A stretch of 64,000 nt of DNA, taken from assembly GCF_032444005.1 (NCBI RefSeq), contig NC_091291.1, forward strand, positions 141,174,001 through 141,238,000, read 5' to 3'. Positions 11,983 through 24,100 of the stretch are shown one piece after another (the first letter of the stretch is position 1; each line of letters opens with the position of its first letter). Position numbers and translations under genes: made by a program. Source of the DNA: Ranitomeya imitator. Taxonomy: Eukaryota. The notes under the pieces were generated by a model. That model saw only the letters and a program-made list of their open reading frames with translations. It was not told the origin of the DNA and searched no databases.

Positions 11983-12905
11983 CGAAATCCACCCCCCCAT
12001 ATACCGGGAGCGACCCCACGAAATCCACCCCCCCCATATACCGGGAGCGACCCCACGAAATCCACCCCCCCATATACCGGGAGCGACCGCACGAGATCCA
12101 CCCCCCCCCCCCCCATATACCGGGAGCGACCCCACAAAATCCACCCCCCCCATATACCGGGAGCGACCCCACGAAATCCACCCCCCCATATACCGGGAGC
12201 GACCCCACAAAATCCACCCCCCCCATATACCGGGAGCGACCCCACAAAATCCACCCCCCCATATACCGGGAGCGACCCCACAAAATCCACCCCCCCATAT
12301 ACCGGGAGCGACCCCACAAAATCCACCCCCCCATATACCGGGAGCGACCCCACAAAATCCACCCCCCCCATATACCGGGAGCGACCCCACAAAATCCACC
12401 CCCCCATATACCGGGAGCGACCCCACAAAATCCACCCCCCCATATACCGGGAGCGACCCCACAAAATCCCCCCCCCATATACCGGGAGCGACCCCACAAA
12501 ATCCACCCCCCCATATACCGGGAGCGACCCCACAAAATCCACCCCCCCCATATACCGGGAGCGACCCCACAAAATCCACCCCCCCATATACCGGGAGCGA
12601 CCCCACAAAATCCACCCCCCCATATACCGGGAGCGACCCCACAAAATCCACCCCCCCATATACCGGGAGCGACCCCACAAAATCCACCCCCCCATATACC
12701 GGGAGCGACCCCACAAAATCCACCCCCCCATATACCGGGAGCGACCCCACAAAATCCACCCCCCCATATACCGGGAGCGACCCCACAAAATCCACCCCCC
12801 CCATATACCGGGAGCGACCCCACAAAATCCACCCCCCCCATATACCGGGAGCGACCCCACAAAATCCCCCCCCCATATACCGGGAGCAACCCCACAAAAT
12901 CCACA
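11983..12905. repeat. ~35-bp minisatellite in the THYN1 5'UTR intron
   Basis: Unit (C)6-8ATATACCGGGAGCGACCCCACAAAATCCA; degenerate tail continues to ~13200. Confidence 0.95.
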
Positions 12906-13203
12906 CCACCCCCCGCCCTGTATACCAGGAGCGCCCCACTAAATTCCCCCTTCCTCCCTATACTGGGAGCGCCCCAAGAGACCCCCAATACACCAGGAGC
13001 GCCCCACGAGACCCCCCTGTACACTGGGAGGGCCCCACCAAATCTCCCCCCGTACATCGGGAGCAACACCACAAAATCCCCCCTCCTCTCCCATACACCA
13101 GGAGCGCCCCACTTGACCCCCCCCCCCCCCCGTGTACCGGGAACACCCCACAAGCACCCCCCATGAGACCCGCATACTGGGAACCCTCCACAAGTCCCAC
13201 CGT

Positions 13204-14014
13204 GCAGTGGTTGCAGCAGCGCCTCCTCTGGCCAATCATACAGCGGTTGCAGCGGCACCTCCTCTGGCCAATCATACAGCGGTTGCAGCGGCGCCTCCCC
13301 TGGCCGAACATACAGCGGTTGCAGCGGCGCCTCCTCTGGCCGATCATACAGCGGTTGCAGCGGCCCCTCCTCTGGCCGATCATACAGCGGTTGCAGCGGT
13401 GCCTCCACTGGCCGATCATACAGCGGTTGCAGCTGCGCCTCCTCTGGCCGATCATACAGCGGTTGCAGCGGCACCTCCTCTGGCCGATCATACAGCGGTT
13501 GCAGCGGCGCCTCCACTGGCCGATCATACAGCGGTTGCAGCTGCGCCTCCTCTGGCCGATCATACAGCGGTTGCAGCGGTGCCTCCACTGGCCGATCATA
13601 CAGCGGTTCCTCCCCTCGCCGATCATACAGCGGTTGCAGTGGCGCCTCCTCTGGCCGATCATACAGCGGTTGCAGCGGCATCTCCTCTGACCAATGATAC
13701 AGCGGTTGCAGTGGCATCTCCTCTGACCAATGATACAGCGGTTGCAGCGGCATCTCCTCTGACCAATGATACAGCGGTTGCAGCGGCATCTCCTCTGACC
13801 AATGATACAGCGATTGCAGCGGCATCTCCTCTGACCAATGATACAGGGGTTGCAGCTCTGCCTCCTCTGGCCGATCATACAGGGGTTGCAGCGGCATTTC
13901 CTCTGGCCGATCATACAGCGGTTGCAGCGGTCCCTCCTCTGGCTGATCATACAGGGGTTGCAGCAGCGTTTCCTCTGGCCGATCATACAGGGGTTGCAGC
14001 GGCGCTTCCACTGG
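13204..14014. repeat. 36-bp minisatellite in the THYN1 5'UTR intron
   Basis: Unit CATACAGCGGTTGCAGCGGCGCCTCCTCTGGCCGAT; ends about 50 nt before the acceptor at 14066. Confidence 0.95.
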
Positions 14015-14076
14015 TCGCTGTTCTTTACCTGACTTCACTTTTTTCTTTGAATTTCTAATTTTTCAGGAATTGACCG

Positions 14077-16319
14077 ATGCGTCGGAATAAGAGGAAGCGC
14101 GCGGCATCTCCGGCTGCAGGTCAGTCAGTGGTCGGCTCCGTCATACTCACCTGGGTGCTGCCACCAGTCCGGACGACAGGCATAAGTCCGATGCTGGGAA
14201 CGACATTGGCGGCTGCAGATCCCAGACAGTGTTCTGTATTCTTATTGCTTTTCCTGTACGTGGCCTGGAAACCATCAACAAGCAGCTGCTGACGGATCTT
14301 ACCTGGTTTATAGTTCCTACAGTTGATTCTTGTACTGTAACGTTCCTGCCGTCTTCACGTGGAGCAGAGCTGTTGTGACTAGATACTAGACTGCTCGAGT
14401 CACCAAGAGGCGCTCCATGCTGAGGTCCAGAGCAGGCGGCCCCCATGTGCTGGTTACATGACCATTCACAGCACCACTCCTCAGCGGCGGGACAGATCTG
14501 GCAACAGCAGCTTCTTGATGGCTTCCAATTTTTCTTACACCAAAGTAGAAATGACCTGAAAAACACTATTTCTGAAAAAATCTTTTATTACTGCAGATGG
14601 AAAAGATGATTGTGACCCAGGGGGCAACTTGGGGGCAAAGAAAGCTGGGAGGACTCAAAAGAAAGTGGCCGGGCCGTCCACCTCTGCTGACAGTCGGAAG
14701 GCAGATTATCACTGCTGGCTGATGAAGTCTGAGCCTGAGAGCAGAATGGAGAAAAGCATGGACATGAAGGTCAGGGCGGGGGATTATCACTCACATCCGT
14801 GCCCCCTCCTCCTAAGTAATGTGGTGAATGTACGGGTGGGCGTTCGACGGGATGATCTGACTACACAGGCTTATTGTGTAGTCTGTCACCATGGAGACGC
14901 ATGGCTCTGCCTAGGAGCTGTATGTACAGAACGGGTCACAATTTAGTTTTTTTATGTTTTTCAGTTTGGTATAGAAGATTTGAAGTCGCAGCCGAACCAG
15001 ACGGCGAGCTGGGACGGAGTCCGGAACTACCAGGTCCGGGACCCGCGGATGAGACCGACAGCAGAACCGGGTCCATTATTGATTATTTTATACTTTTATG
15101 TCTCCAGGCGAGAAACTTCATGAGGGCGATGAAGATCGGGCAGGAGGCGTTCTTCTATCACAGCAACTGCAAGGAGCCCGGCATCGCGGGAATTGTCAAG
15201 GTGGGTCCGGCGGGCGGGGGTCTATGAGCCGATACTGTCAGGAACGTCATAACCAATCCCAGGGTGGACACCTGACTTATTACAGGATTAGAAGAACTTT
15301 ACTGTTTTATGTACACAGCTCCCATGCATAGCTATGTGTCTCCATGGTTACAGACTACAAACAGGCCCGGTGTGGTCTGATCAGTGAGATGGTGGCAAAA
15401 TCTCGCGTCACTCCGTTCCCTCTGCCCCCTCAGCGTGTGACTGCAGGATCGGGTTATGAATAGTTGTGCATGGGGGCTGCATACACAAAATGGTAAGACT
15501 GAAGAAAGACAAAAAATATGACCAGTTTCTTGATGGAGCGAGATAACGGACGGTGCCATTAGGTTTGTGGATGGCTGCTGACAGGAGCGAGGCACCGCAG
15601 GTTGTCACTTGTTTCCTGTCCTGCCTTTTTTCTAGGTTGTGAAGGAAGCCCACCCGGACCACACACAGTTTGATTCAAAGAATCCACATTATGATGCTGC
15701 CAGCAATAAAGACAACCCGAAATGGTGCATGGTGAGCGCGCCCCGACGTCACAGCTAGTAAGAGGTCAATGGCGTTTCTACTAAACAGCGCCACCCATGA
15801 TTGCAGGACATGTCTGGTATTACATCTCATTCCGCCCTCCCAAGCATTTCAGTGTCACCATGCTGCAATACCAGACATAACCTGTACATAGGGGTGGTGC
15901 TGTTTATGTGGATTGTCCGGCCGTCATGTCAGTTCCCACAATGCACTCCTCCTCTCTGAAAATCCATAAACCCGCACTATCCGTGCCCCCCGCTCCTTAC
16001 AGGTGGATGTGCAGTTTGTCCGAATGCTGAGACGTTACATTTCTCTGGCGGAACTGAAGACCCTGCACCAAAAGCACAAGACGGACGGCGGCCCCCTCCG
16101 AGCCGTGGCGCTCTTCACCCGAGCGAGGCTGTCTGTGCAGCCGCTAACACAAGGTGGGTGTAAAGGGCCCGAGGTCCTGGACGCTGCCACTAGGGGGCGT
16201 TGTGGCTACTCTTACGGTTATAAAACGTCGGGCTACACCGCAGCTTTATATAAGGCTGGTCTTTTCTTATTACAGAGGAGTTTGACTTTATATTGAGCCT
16301 GGAAGAGAAGACCCCGTAG
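14077..16319 (+). CDS. THYN1: Thymocyte nuclear protein 1 (EVE/PUA-like domain), 222 aa, complete
   Basis: Coding exons 14077-14119, 14597-14769, 14965-15033, 15108-15200, 15636-15731, 16003-16153, 16276-16319 (669 nt including TAG). Motifs WLMKSEPESR, WDGVRNYQARNFMRAMK, FFYHSNCKEPGIAG, VDVQFVR, LFTRARLSVQPLTQEEFDFILSLEEK. An acceptor at 14066 implies an upstream non-coding exon. Confidence 0.97.
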
Positions 16320-16385
16320 CAGGAAAGTGACGACTGAGCGACCGTCTGCACCTCTTCTTTGCTTTTTTTTCCTACTTTTTATAGT

Positions 16386-16391
16386 ATTAAA
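16386..16391 (+). terminator. Candidate THYN1 polyadenylation signal (ATTAAA)
   Basis: ATTAAA 67 nt after the stop codon, followed by a GT/T-rich tract. Confidence 0.6.
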
Positions 16392-17289
16392 AGTTTAAGG
16401 TTAGTTTTGTGGTTCATGAGTGGAGATCTGGGGTCCCTGTCTGGAGTTCTGGGGTCAGCTGCCCCCTGATCAGCTGTTTGCAGGTCCCACAGCGCCATAC
16501 TCTGTGTAGTGGTCACTCCCAGTACTGCAGCTCAAATCACACGCTTCAATAGCGGAGATGCAGTACCAGTAATGGCCACTATCATGTAGGGCGCTGTGCT
16601 GTCCCAAAACCTTCCATCTGGCCGTGCTGGGACCTGGAAACACCTGATTAGTCGGGGGGCCGGGTGTCAGACCGCCCCTCGCTTTTCTAGTGATGACCTA
16701 AGTCACGGACAATCCCTGTAACAGTATAACGCGATTATTCAGGGCAGTAGATCTGCAATCAGACCGGGACTTACATCCGTAACCGGGAAGCTACAATGCG
16801 CCCTCTGCAGTTACATTCGCCAAAAAGTCACAAGTGATGAATCAGGCGGAAACATCAGGAGACACAAATATTCGCCCACCAGTGGTGTAGAGAAGAAACC
16901 AATAAATCAGGAGTCAAAAGCTTTCAAAGAATAAGGGCCATAAAGAGAAAAGAGGCGCAAAAGCAACAATGAATCGGGGCCTAAACCGCCGTAATTAGAG
17001 GCAAGGCCTGCGTCGCCCCTGGAAACAGACTACAGTTTAGCTCCATTGTTGTCAGATCCGATTGCTCCATTATCACAGTAAACGATCCGATCACCCGACT
17101 AATGAGCGCCGACACCGGTGAATAATCTCAATGGCCGATTACTGGTGTAAATGCTCCATAACGTACCCACGGCCCACAATGCACTGTGCCCGGGAGCTTC
17201 AATAGAGCAGAGAATATGGAGATGGGACCCCAGGTCTTGTGTGGTCCGTCCATTGGACAACCCACCTCCAGCTAATGCACACACCTCTC

Positions 17290-18075
17290 AGCCCCAGGAG
17301 AGGCCCCCTACATCCCAGGAACAGCCCCCTCCGCACCAGGGGAGGCCCCCTACATCCCAGGAACAGCCCCCTCCGCACCAGGAGAGGCCCCCTCCACCCC
17401 AGGAGCGACCCTCACTACAAAGAACAGCCCCCTCCGCACCAGGAGAGGCCCCCTCCACCCCAGGAGCGACCCTCACTACAAAGAACAGCCCCCTCCGCAC
17501 CAGGGGAGGCCCCCTACATCCCAGGAACAGCCCCCTCCGCACTAGGAGAGGCCCCCTCCACCCCAGGAGCGACCCTCACTACAAAGAACAGCCCCCTCCG
17601 CACTAGGAGAGGCCCCCTCCACCCCAGGAGCGACCCTCACTACAAAGAACAGCCCCCTCCGCACCAGGGGAGGCCCCCTACATCCCAGGAACAGCCCCCT
17701 CCGCACCAGGAGAGGCCCCCTCCACCCCAGGAGCGACCCTCACTACAAAGAACAGCCCCCTCCGCACCAGGGGAGGCCCCCTACATCCCAGGAACAGCCC
17801 CCTCCGCACTAGGAGAGGCCCCCTCCACCCCAGGAGCGACCCTCACTACAAAGAACAGCCCCCTCCGCACTAGGAGAGGCCCCCTCCACCCCAGGACCGA
17901 CCCTCACTACAAAGAACAGCCCCCTCCGCACTAGGAGAGGCCCCCTACATCCCAGGAACAGCCCCCTCCACCCCAGGAGAGGCCCCCTACATCCCAGGAA
18001 CAGCCCCCTCCACCCCAGGAGCAGTCCCCTGCACAAGGAGCATCTGCCTCAGGAGCAGCCCCCTGCACTGAGCAG
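17290..18075. repeat. Composite ~41/61-bp minisatellite between the THYN1 and VPS26B 3' ends
   Basis: Alternating blocks GAGGCCCCCTACATCCCAGGAACAGCCCCCTCCGCACCAG and GAGGCCCCCTCCACCCCAGGAGCGACCCTCACTACAAAGAACAGCCCCCTCCGCAC. Confidence 0.93.
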
Positions 18076-18249
18076 CCCCTCCGCTCACCCCTTCAGCCAA
18101 TGAGACTCCCCCTGTACAATAAGCGCTCTCTTAAACATAATGAGCACCTTTCTGCACGAGGAGGGCTTTGTCCGCTCTAGAAGCACCTTTCGGCCAAGGA
18201 TCGGGCCCCCCACATAATAAGCACCCTTCTTCATTCTGAGACATTGTTA

Positions 18250-18255
18250 TTTAAT
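18250..18255 (-). terminator. Candidate VPS26B polyadenylation signal (ATTAAA on minus strand), implying a ~2.9-kb 3'UTR
   Basis: AT-rich block at 18241-18310 with ATTAAA on the minus strand; 18.3-21.1 kb is non-repetitive and lacks a convincing ORF. Confidence 0.35.
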
Positions 18256-21161
18256 CTGAGACTAATAAAAACAATGTAAAATAGACATTTATACAATGAA
18301 CCATGGGAAATAAACACTGCAGTCGGAATGGAGGTTGATTTTTGGATCGAGGGTGAACTTTAACCTTTCTGCAATGTGTCCAAATGATTCTCGCAGACGT
18401 GTAGTGCGGGCGCCGAAGCCTGGCTCCCAAGAGCTTACAATCTACTAGTGGCGTTAGAGGCACAGCCATGGGTGCAAAGTGCAATACATCAGTGCCCACC
18501 TAATAAATACACTGCAATATACCATGTACCAGGGGCAGCGTCCGTACCCATTACTGTACCCCGGGAGACGTGAAATACTGGGACTTCACTTTTATACATT
18601 TTTTTTCATTATTTTAACATAAAACAAAAAATACTGATACTGCCGCCTTTAACCCTTACCTTACATGTGAGAGATGTGCCAGTTGTATATGATATACACT
18701 CGGCTTTGCTCGCTCCTCTCCATATTTTGGTCCATTGCCGTCCTTGCAACGGATTTGATGAGTCAAAGTGGAAAGTAAATTAACGTTTTTGGGGGGAGAT
18801 TTTGTTTGTAAACACGAATGGCAGCTAGAAAAGAATACTGTGAGGTTGACAATAAGTGAGACGGCGAGTTATGGCGTGCGTGGAGGTTGAAGTCTAAATG
18901 TTCGTCCATTTTGCAGGATGATGGACAGGTCTAATCTAGTAAATTATTAAAATTACCCATTTAGGAAAAAAAAAATCTGGAGATTCTGCTTTGTGTCGAT
19001 CCTCTTTTACCCCTCCTGGCAATGCATAACCAACCTGACAGCTGGGCATTCCACTGTTGTTGAGCCATGTCCCCACGTGGTCTCATCATCAGTATCAGAC
19101 ATGGTAAAAATTTACACCCCCCTGTTACGTGACGCAAATTGTCGCATTGTTTTCTACCATTTCCAGGAGGGAAAACAGAGGACTACACATGGAAATCTGC
19201 TCCAGAGCGGTTATTTCATGGGGATTCCAGCATTTGCTAACAGACTTGTCAGGAGCGTGGCCCGACCTCCGTCAAAAACGCATATTAATGCCCTATTGTA
19301 TATAAAAGCGGTGGGGTCGCACGTTTTGGCCGCTGCGCGCAGAGGACGATGCTGTTGAACATTGATGAGATTCAGAAGGAGCTTGTCCTAATGGAGGCCC
19401 GGTGGGATGTGCAGCCAGAAGGCGCCCCTTTAATTTAACCCCTTCAGTTCCTTCATGCCTATACTATAGGACGGTCATCCCGATGTGATTTACAGTCAGT
19501 GTCAGTCTCCCCACGTTGAATGACCGTCTGTGAATAGAGGAGGGGGACGCCGTCCAGTCCCAGAGGGGATTCCAGAACACCCATCCCGTAAACTTTCCAG
19601 TTCTTGCTAGAGGTATATCAATCATATAAAGTAAGCACTGGGACTTTATGATCGTGGGGGTCAGACCTCTGAGACCATTACCCACCCAGAGATTAAAGGG
19701 GCGGCATTTCAGCCATTGTTTCTCTGCACGGCAGGGCCCCGGGGATGACTGTGCTGTTACTGGGGCCACATTGTGCACGGAAAACCACGAAGGCACCACG
19801 GCGCTGAACAGTCACGGCCACCTTTCTCTCTGGATCTGTTGGGGGGGTCCCATAGTTCACCGCCCCCCACTTAAGGAGATGGGGTCCTCCTTTTTTAGCT
19901 TATATAAAACCAGATCGTGAATGAGATACCAGCGCCGGCACTCAATGGACCTGGACTCCGAGGTCAGAACCTCCGTGACTTCACCCGACACCATACCACA
20001 GTCATATGGTAACCGGCGTACGACCAGGACACAATGACAGCAACATCGTGGCGTAATGCGGGTGAATCAGGTAGCGATGTAACCCGCCCGGTACCACCAC
20101 CGTGACAGTGAACCATGGTACCTTGCTTGTCACGGTGCCGTGGGGTGGCCGAGGGACCCCATTTACTGGCATTACTCTGTGTAATCTGCGTCACGGCCAA
20201 AGTCCAAACCTCCGGCCAGATGTACTCACTTATCAGCCACCACAGACCGTGTCCTCCAGTCTCATGACTTATCTGAGGTGCAGAACCTCCCAGGCCCCCG
20301 ATCACTACTGTGCGACCCCTCCTGGATTTTACCATCAATTTGTGACTGATATCAGCCGCTCCTCAGAGGTTTCCGTGGCCACCCTGCGACTTGTGTCATG
20401 GGGCAACAATTCTCAGACAAATCGCCCAACCCAAAACTTCTGCAGCACTGGTCTGTGAGACAATTAGAAAGAAAAAAAAAAAAAAAATCGCAGACAACTG
20501 CGAGCGAGTCTGAGTGCAGTGAAGTCTATGGCAGCGCGCGTCGGAGCGGCTTGTGACCGGCAACAGAAAACTTTTGTGACTTCGGCACAGTCTGTCCCTT
20601 TAAGATCCAGCTACTGTACCTGCGAGGCTTCTTCCCAGCATGCATCTCCTGATTATCCCCCTTTATACTGTCTATATAACGGAGACGGTCCGTCCTGTGC
20701 GTCTGAATCCACGGACGGGGTAAAGCAGAGCGACGGCGCCCCTGGTGGTCAGAGCAGCGCTGCACTGGTGAGAGGTGCTTGGAATGGACAGTCGGGTCCT
20801 ATATGGGCACCGATAGTCGAGGGTCAGCACTAACTACAACCACACGGTGAAGGGGCACTGACCCTTAGGACCTCCAGCCCGATGTGCGGGGCTTCAACTG
20901 CGACAAGGACAAGCCGATGAGAGCATAAAAAGTATAAACACAAAGGGTTAAGAGAGCGCGATCCCCTCCCTCCCCCACCCCTATGTTACACAATGTCAAG
21001 TAGCAGCAAAAGGAACGGACAGCCGGCCCCGAAAGAGACGCCGGCCGTGCCCCTCTGCAAGCTTGACCCACCGAGTGTCCGTGGGGTCGCGGGTGGCGGA
21101 CGGGTGGGCTCCGAGAGTCTGTTTAGTCACTAATGAAGCCGTTGTCCTACTGAACAGGCAG

Positions 21162-24100
21162 TCACTCGTTCTCTTGGTCTCCTGCAGCCGCCCCGCTCAG
21201 CTGAGGCCGGTTGTCGGGGTGCGTTCCCTCGAATCTCTGCGAGGCGATGGCGGCCTGGTGAGACATGCTCTTCCGCACGATGTCTCCTTTACGCCATAAC
21301 ACCACCTCCTGGAGGAGAGAGGACGGGAGAAGGCACGATAATCTGGTGTGGCCAAAAAGCATGCAGACGTCCCGCCCGATTGTGTGTCGCCAGCATACGC
21401 CATCACTTTACGGATCTGACACCTGGGACCCTCACTGGAAACAATGGCCGCATAGTCCAGGTGAAGCCAGCGATTGGCACAGTGATCAGGCGCATGCGCT
21501 CAGATATTTTCCGTCACCTGATCACTGCACCAATCGCGGATCCGGTGGCATCCAGACGGCACAGTGATGGCGGCCACCAGCAGAGCGGCATCATCTAGAG
21601 CCACAGGGCTGAAAAGAGATGACTGTACCTGTGTATGAAAGTGTGTGCAGCCCCTCACTCCTACCACGGGGGGCGCCGCTCACCTGCTGTTTGAAGTAGC
21701 GCCTCTCCTCCTCGTCGATCAGCACTAAGTTGAGGTAATAGCGCACGCTGAACTTCTTGTTGATGTCCCTCATCGTTGGGGTCAGCTCGTATCCCGCGAG
21801 GAACAGCCGGATGGGGATGGATTCACCTACAGGGCGAGGAAGACGAGGAGAAAAGTTACCGCGGAGGTTGAGTGTAATCAGTCCGGAGAATAAAGATGGT
21901 CGCTGCACTGCGGGGGTGCTGCAGGGGGCCTGTGGCTATATCGGAGGTCACCCAGCTTTTCTAGGCTCCTGAGCACATTACATGGGGGCAGGGCAATCAC
22001 TGTTGGGCAGACGTGCCGTTCAGTTTGGAAAAGCTGGGTGCCAACTCGCCACACAGACAGTCACCGAACACTCGCCGGCGTGGACGGTACCTCGCACCGG
22101 CGCTCCGTCCATGATCTCGTACTTGGCGATGGTGTCGTTTTCGTGGTAGACGTTTGGGCCGGTGCCCGTGGTCTCCCGCTTGATGATATCGATCTCCATG
22201 TGTTTGATCTTGATTCGCACCAAAAGGAAGTAGATTTTCCCCACGATGACGTCTTTCAGGTGATATCTGTTACAGGAGAAAACAGGGCGGCGTTCAGACC
22301 CGGAGGACGGCTGCCGTATACTGGGGGGCTTATTAGGACCGCTGCAGCCGGTGGCCGCATTCACACGTCGTACTCACCAACCCTGCAGCATTTTAATTAA
22401 GATTTTGATGCATTGCTTTTTAAATTTGGAACTAGTCAATCGGCAGCAAATATACAGGGCCGCCTTACCGCAATAAACCGCGATCTGACCGCAGTGTGAA
22501 TACAGCCGAGGAGGGTGAAAGCTGCACCAAAATAAGATAGCGTGTGAATGGGGTCGGAAAACAGACGATGGGCGCAGACTTACTTGGACTTGTTGTACTC
22601 AAACTCGATGTGCAGACAATCTTCGATCCCCACCTCCATCTTGATGGAAGAGTTCATCTCGGGGTACGTGCTCAGCGTGTGGACCACGATATCCAGCTCT
22701 TTCCCCACGTCATTGAGCCGGCGGCTGAGGGTGGCGCGCAGGAAGTACCTGGGCGGACAAGAGCGGCAGAGGTGAAAACGGCAGAAAACGCAGCACCCAT
22801 CCGCTCCACACCACCGGCCTCCGCTGCCATTACTGCACTCTGGATCCATCTGCAGCATCAGTCCTGCGCTGACACATTGCAACAAAGTGTCAGGACAGGA
22901 CACAAATGTTTGCTGCGGCACTTAACACAACACTGAGTATAACTGTACCAGACCCTCAGCTGTGAGAAGGATTGGATGGAATCAAGAATGTTCCCATTCA
23001 ATGACACAATCAGAGATATTGATCCAAAGTTACAGAGCTTTATCTTTCTCTGTACAGCCCCTTTAACTTGTGAGATTCCCCAGCACCGTACCGTAGCTTC
23101 ACGTTCTGCCCCGTGTACGACTCGTACGGCTTCTCCACATGCGTGAACTCAAAGTCAAAACTCTGTGATTGTGAGAGCTCCCCGGGCCGCGCCAAATCCT
23201 TCACCAGCGACACGAACTCATGGTGGTTTCCCCGGTCGTAGTACAACTCTGAGGAGAAAGCGAGAGAAGAGTGAGGAGGCAGAAGAGGAGCAGAGGAGAG
23301 GCGGGACAGAAAAGGAGAGGCGGAAGAGGAAAGGAGCAGAGGAGAGGCAGAAGAGGAAAGGAGCAAAGGAGAGGCAGAAGAGAAAAGGAGCAGAGGAGAG
23401 GCAGAAGAGAAAAGGAGGAGAAGCAGAAGAGGAAAGGAGCAAAGGAGAAGCAGAAGAGGAAAGGAGCAGAGGAGATGCAGGAGAGAAAAGGAGCAGAGGA
23501 GAGGCAGAAGAGAAAAGGAGCAGAGGAGAGGCAGAAGAGAAGAGGAGCAGAGGAGCAAAAGGAGAGGAGATGTGCAAAATTAGAGGAAAAGAGAAGATGC
23601 GCAAAAGGAAACGCTCAAGAGGTGAAGAGGAGAGGTGCAAGAGGAGGAGAGGCGGAAGAGGAGAGGAGCAGAGGAGAGGCGGAAGAGGAGAGGTGCAGAG
23701 AAGAGGCTGAAGAGGAAAAGAGCAGAGAAGGAGAGGCGGGGCAGAGAAAGAGGAGCAGAGGAGAGCCGCAAAAGGAAACGCGCAAGAGGCGAAGAGGAGA
23801 GGTGCAAGAGGAGAAGAAGAACAGCGGCGCAAGAGGACAAGAAGATCGGCGCAAGAGGACAAGAAGATCGGCGCAAGAGGACAAGAAGATCGGCGCAAGA
23901 GGACAAGAAGATCGGCGCAAGAGGACAAGAAGATCGGCGCAAGAGGACAAGAAGATCGGCGCAAGACGACAAGAAGATCGGCGCAAGACGACAAGAAGAT
24001 CGGCGCAAGACGACAAGAAGATCGGCGCAAGACGACAAGAAGATCGGCGCAAGACGACAAGAAGATCGGCGCAAGACGACAAGAAGATCGGCGCAAGACG

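Noticed and set aside
16430-16725. Degenerate T2/Kolobok-like MITE fragments (similar pieces near 37070-37140 and 38940-39060)
   Set aside because: Only partial terminal motifs are recognisable, so boundaries cannot be supported without a repeat library.
19400-21100. GC-rich unique stretch with small hairpins (CCGTGACA...TGTCACGG at 20100-20135) and short ORFs; considered as an LTR or hidden gene
   Set aside because: No TG..CA/TSD pair, no splice-consistent ORF and no recognisable protein; most simply the VPS26B 3'UTR.
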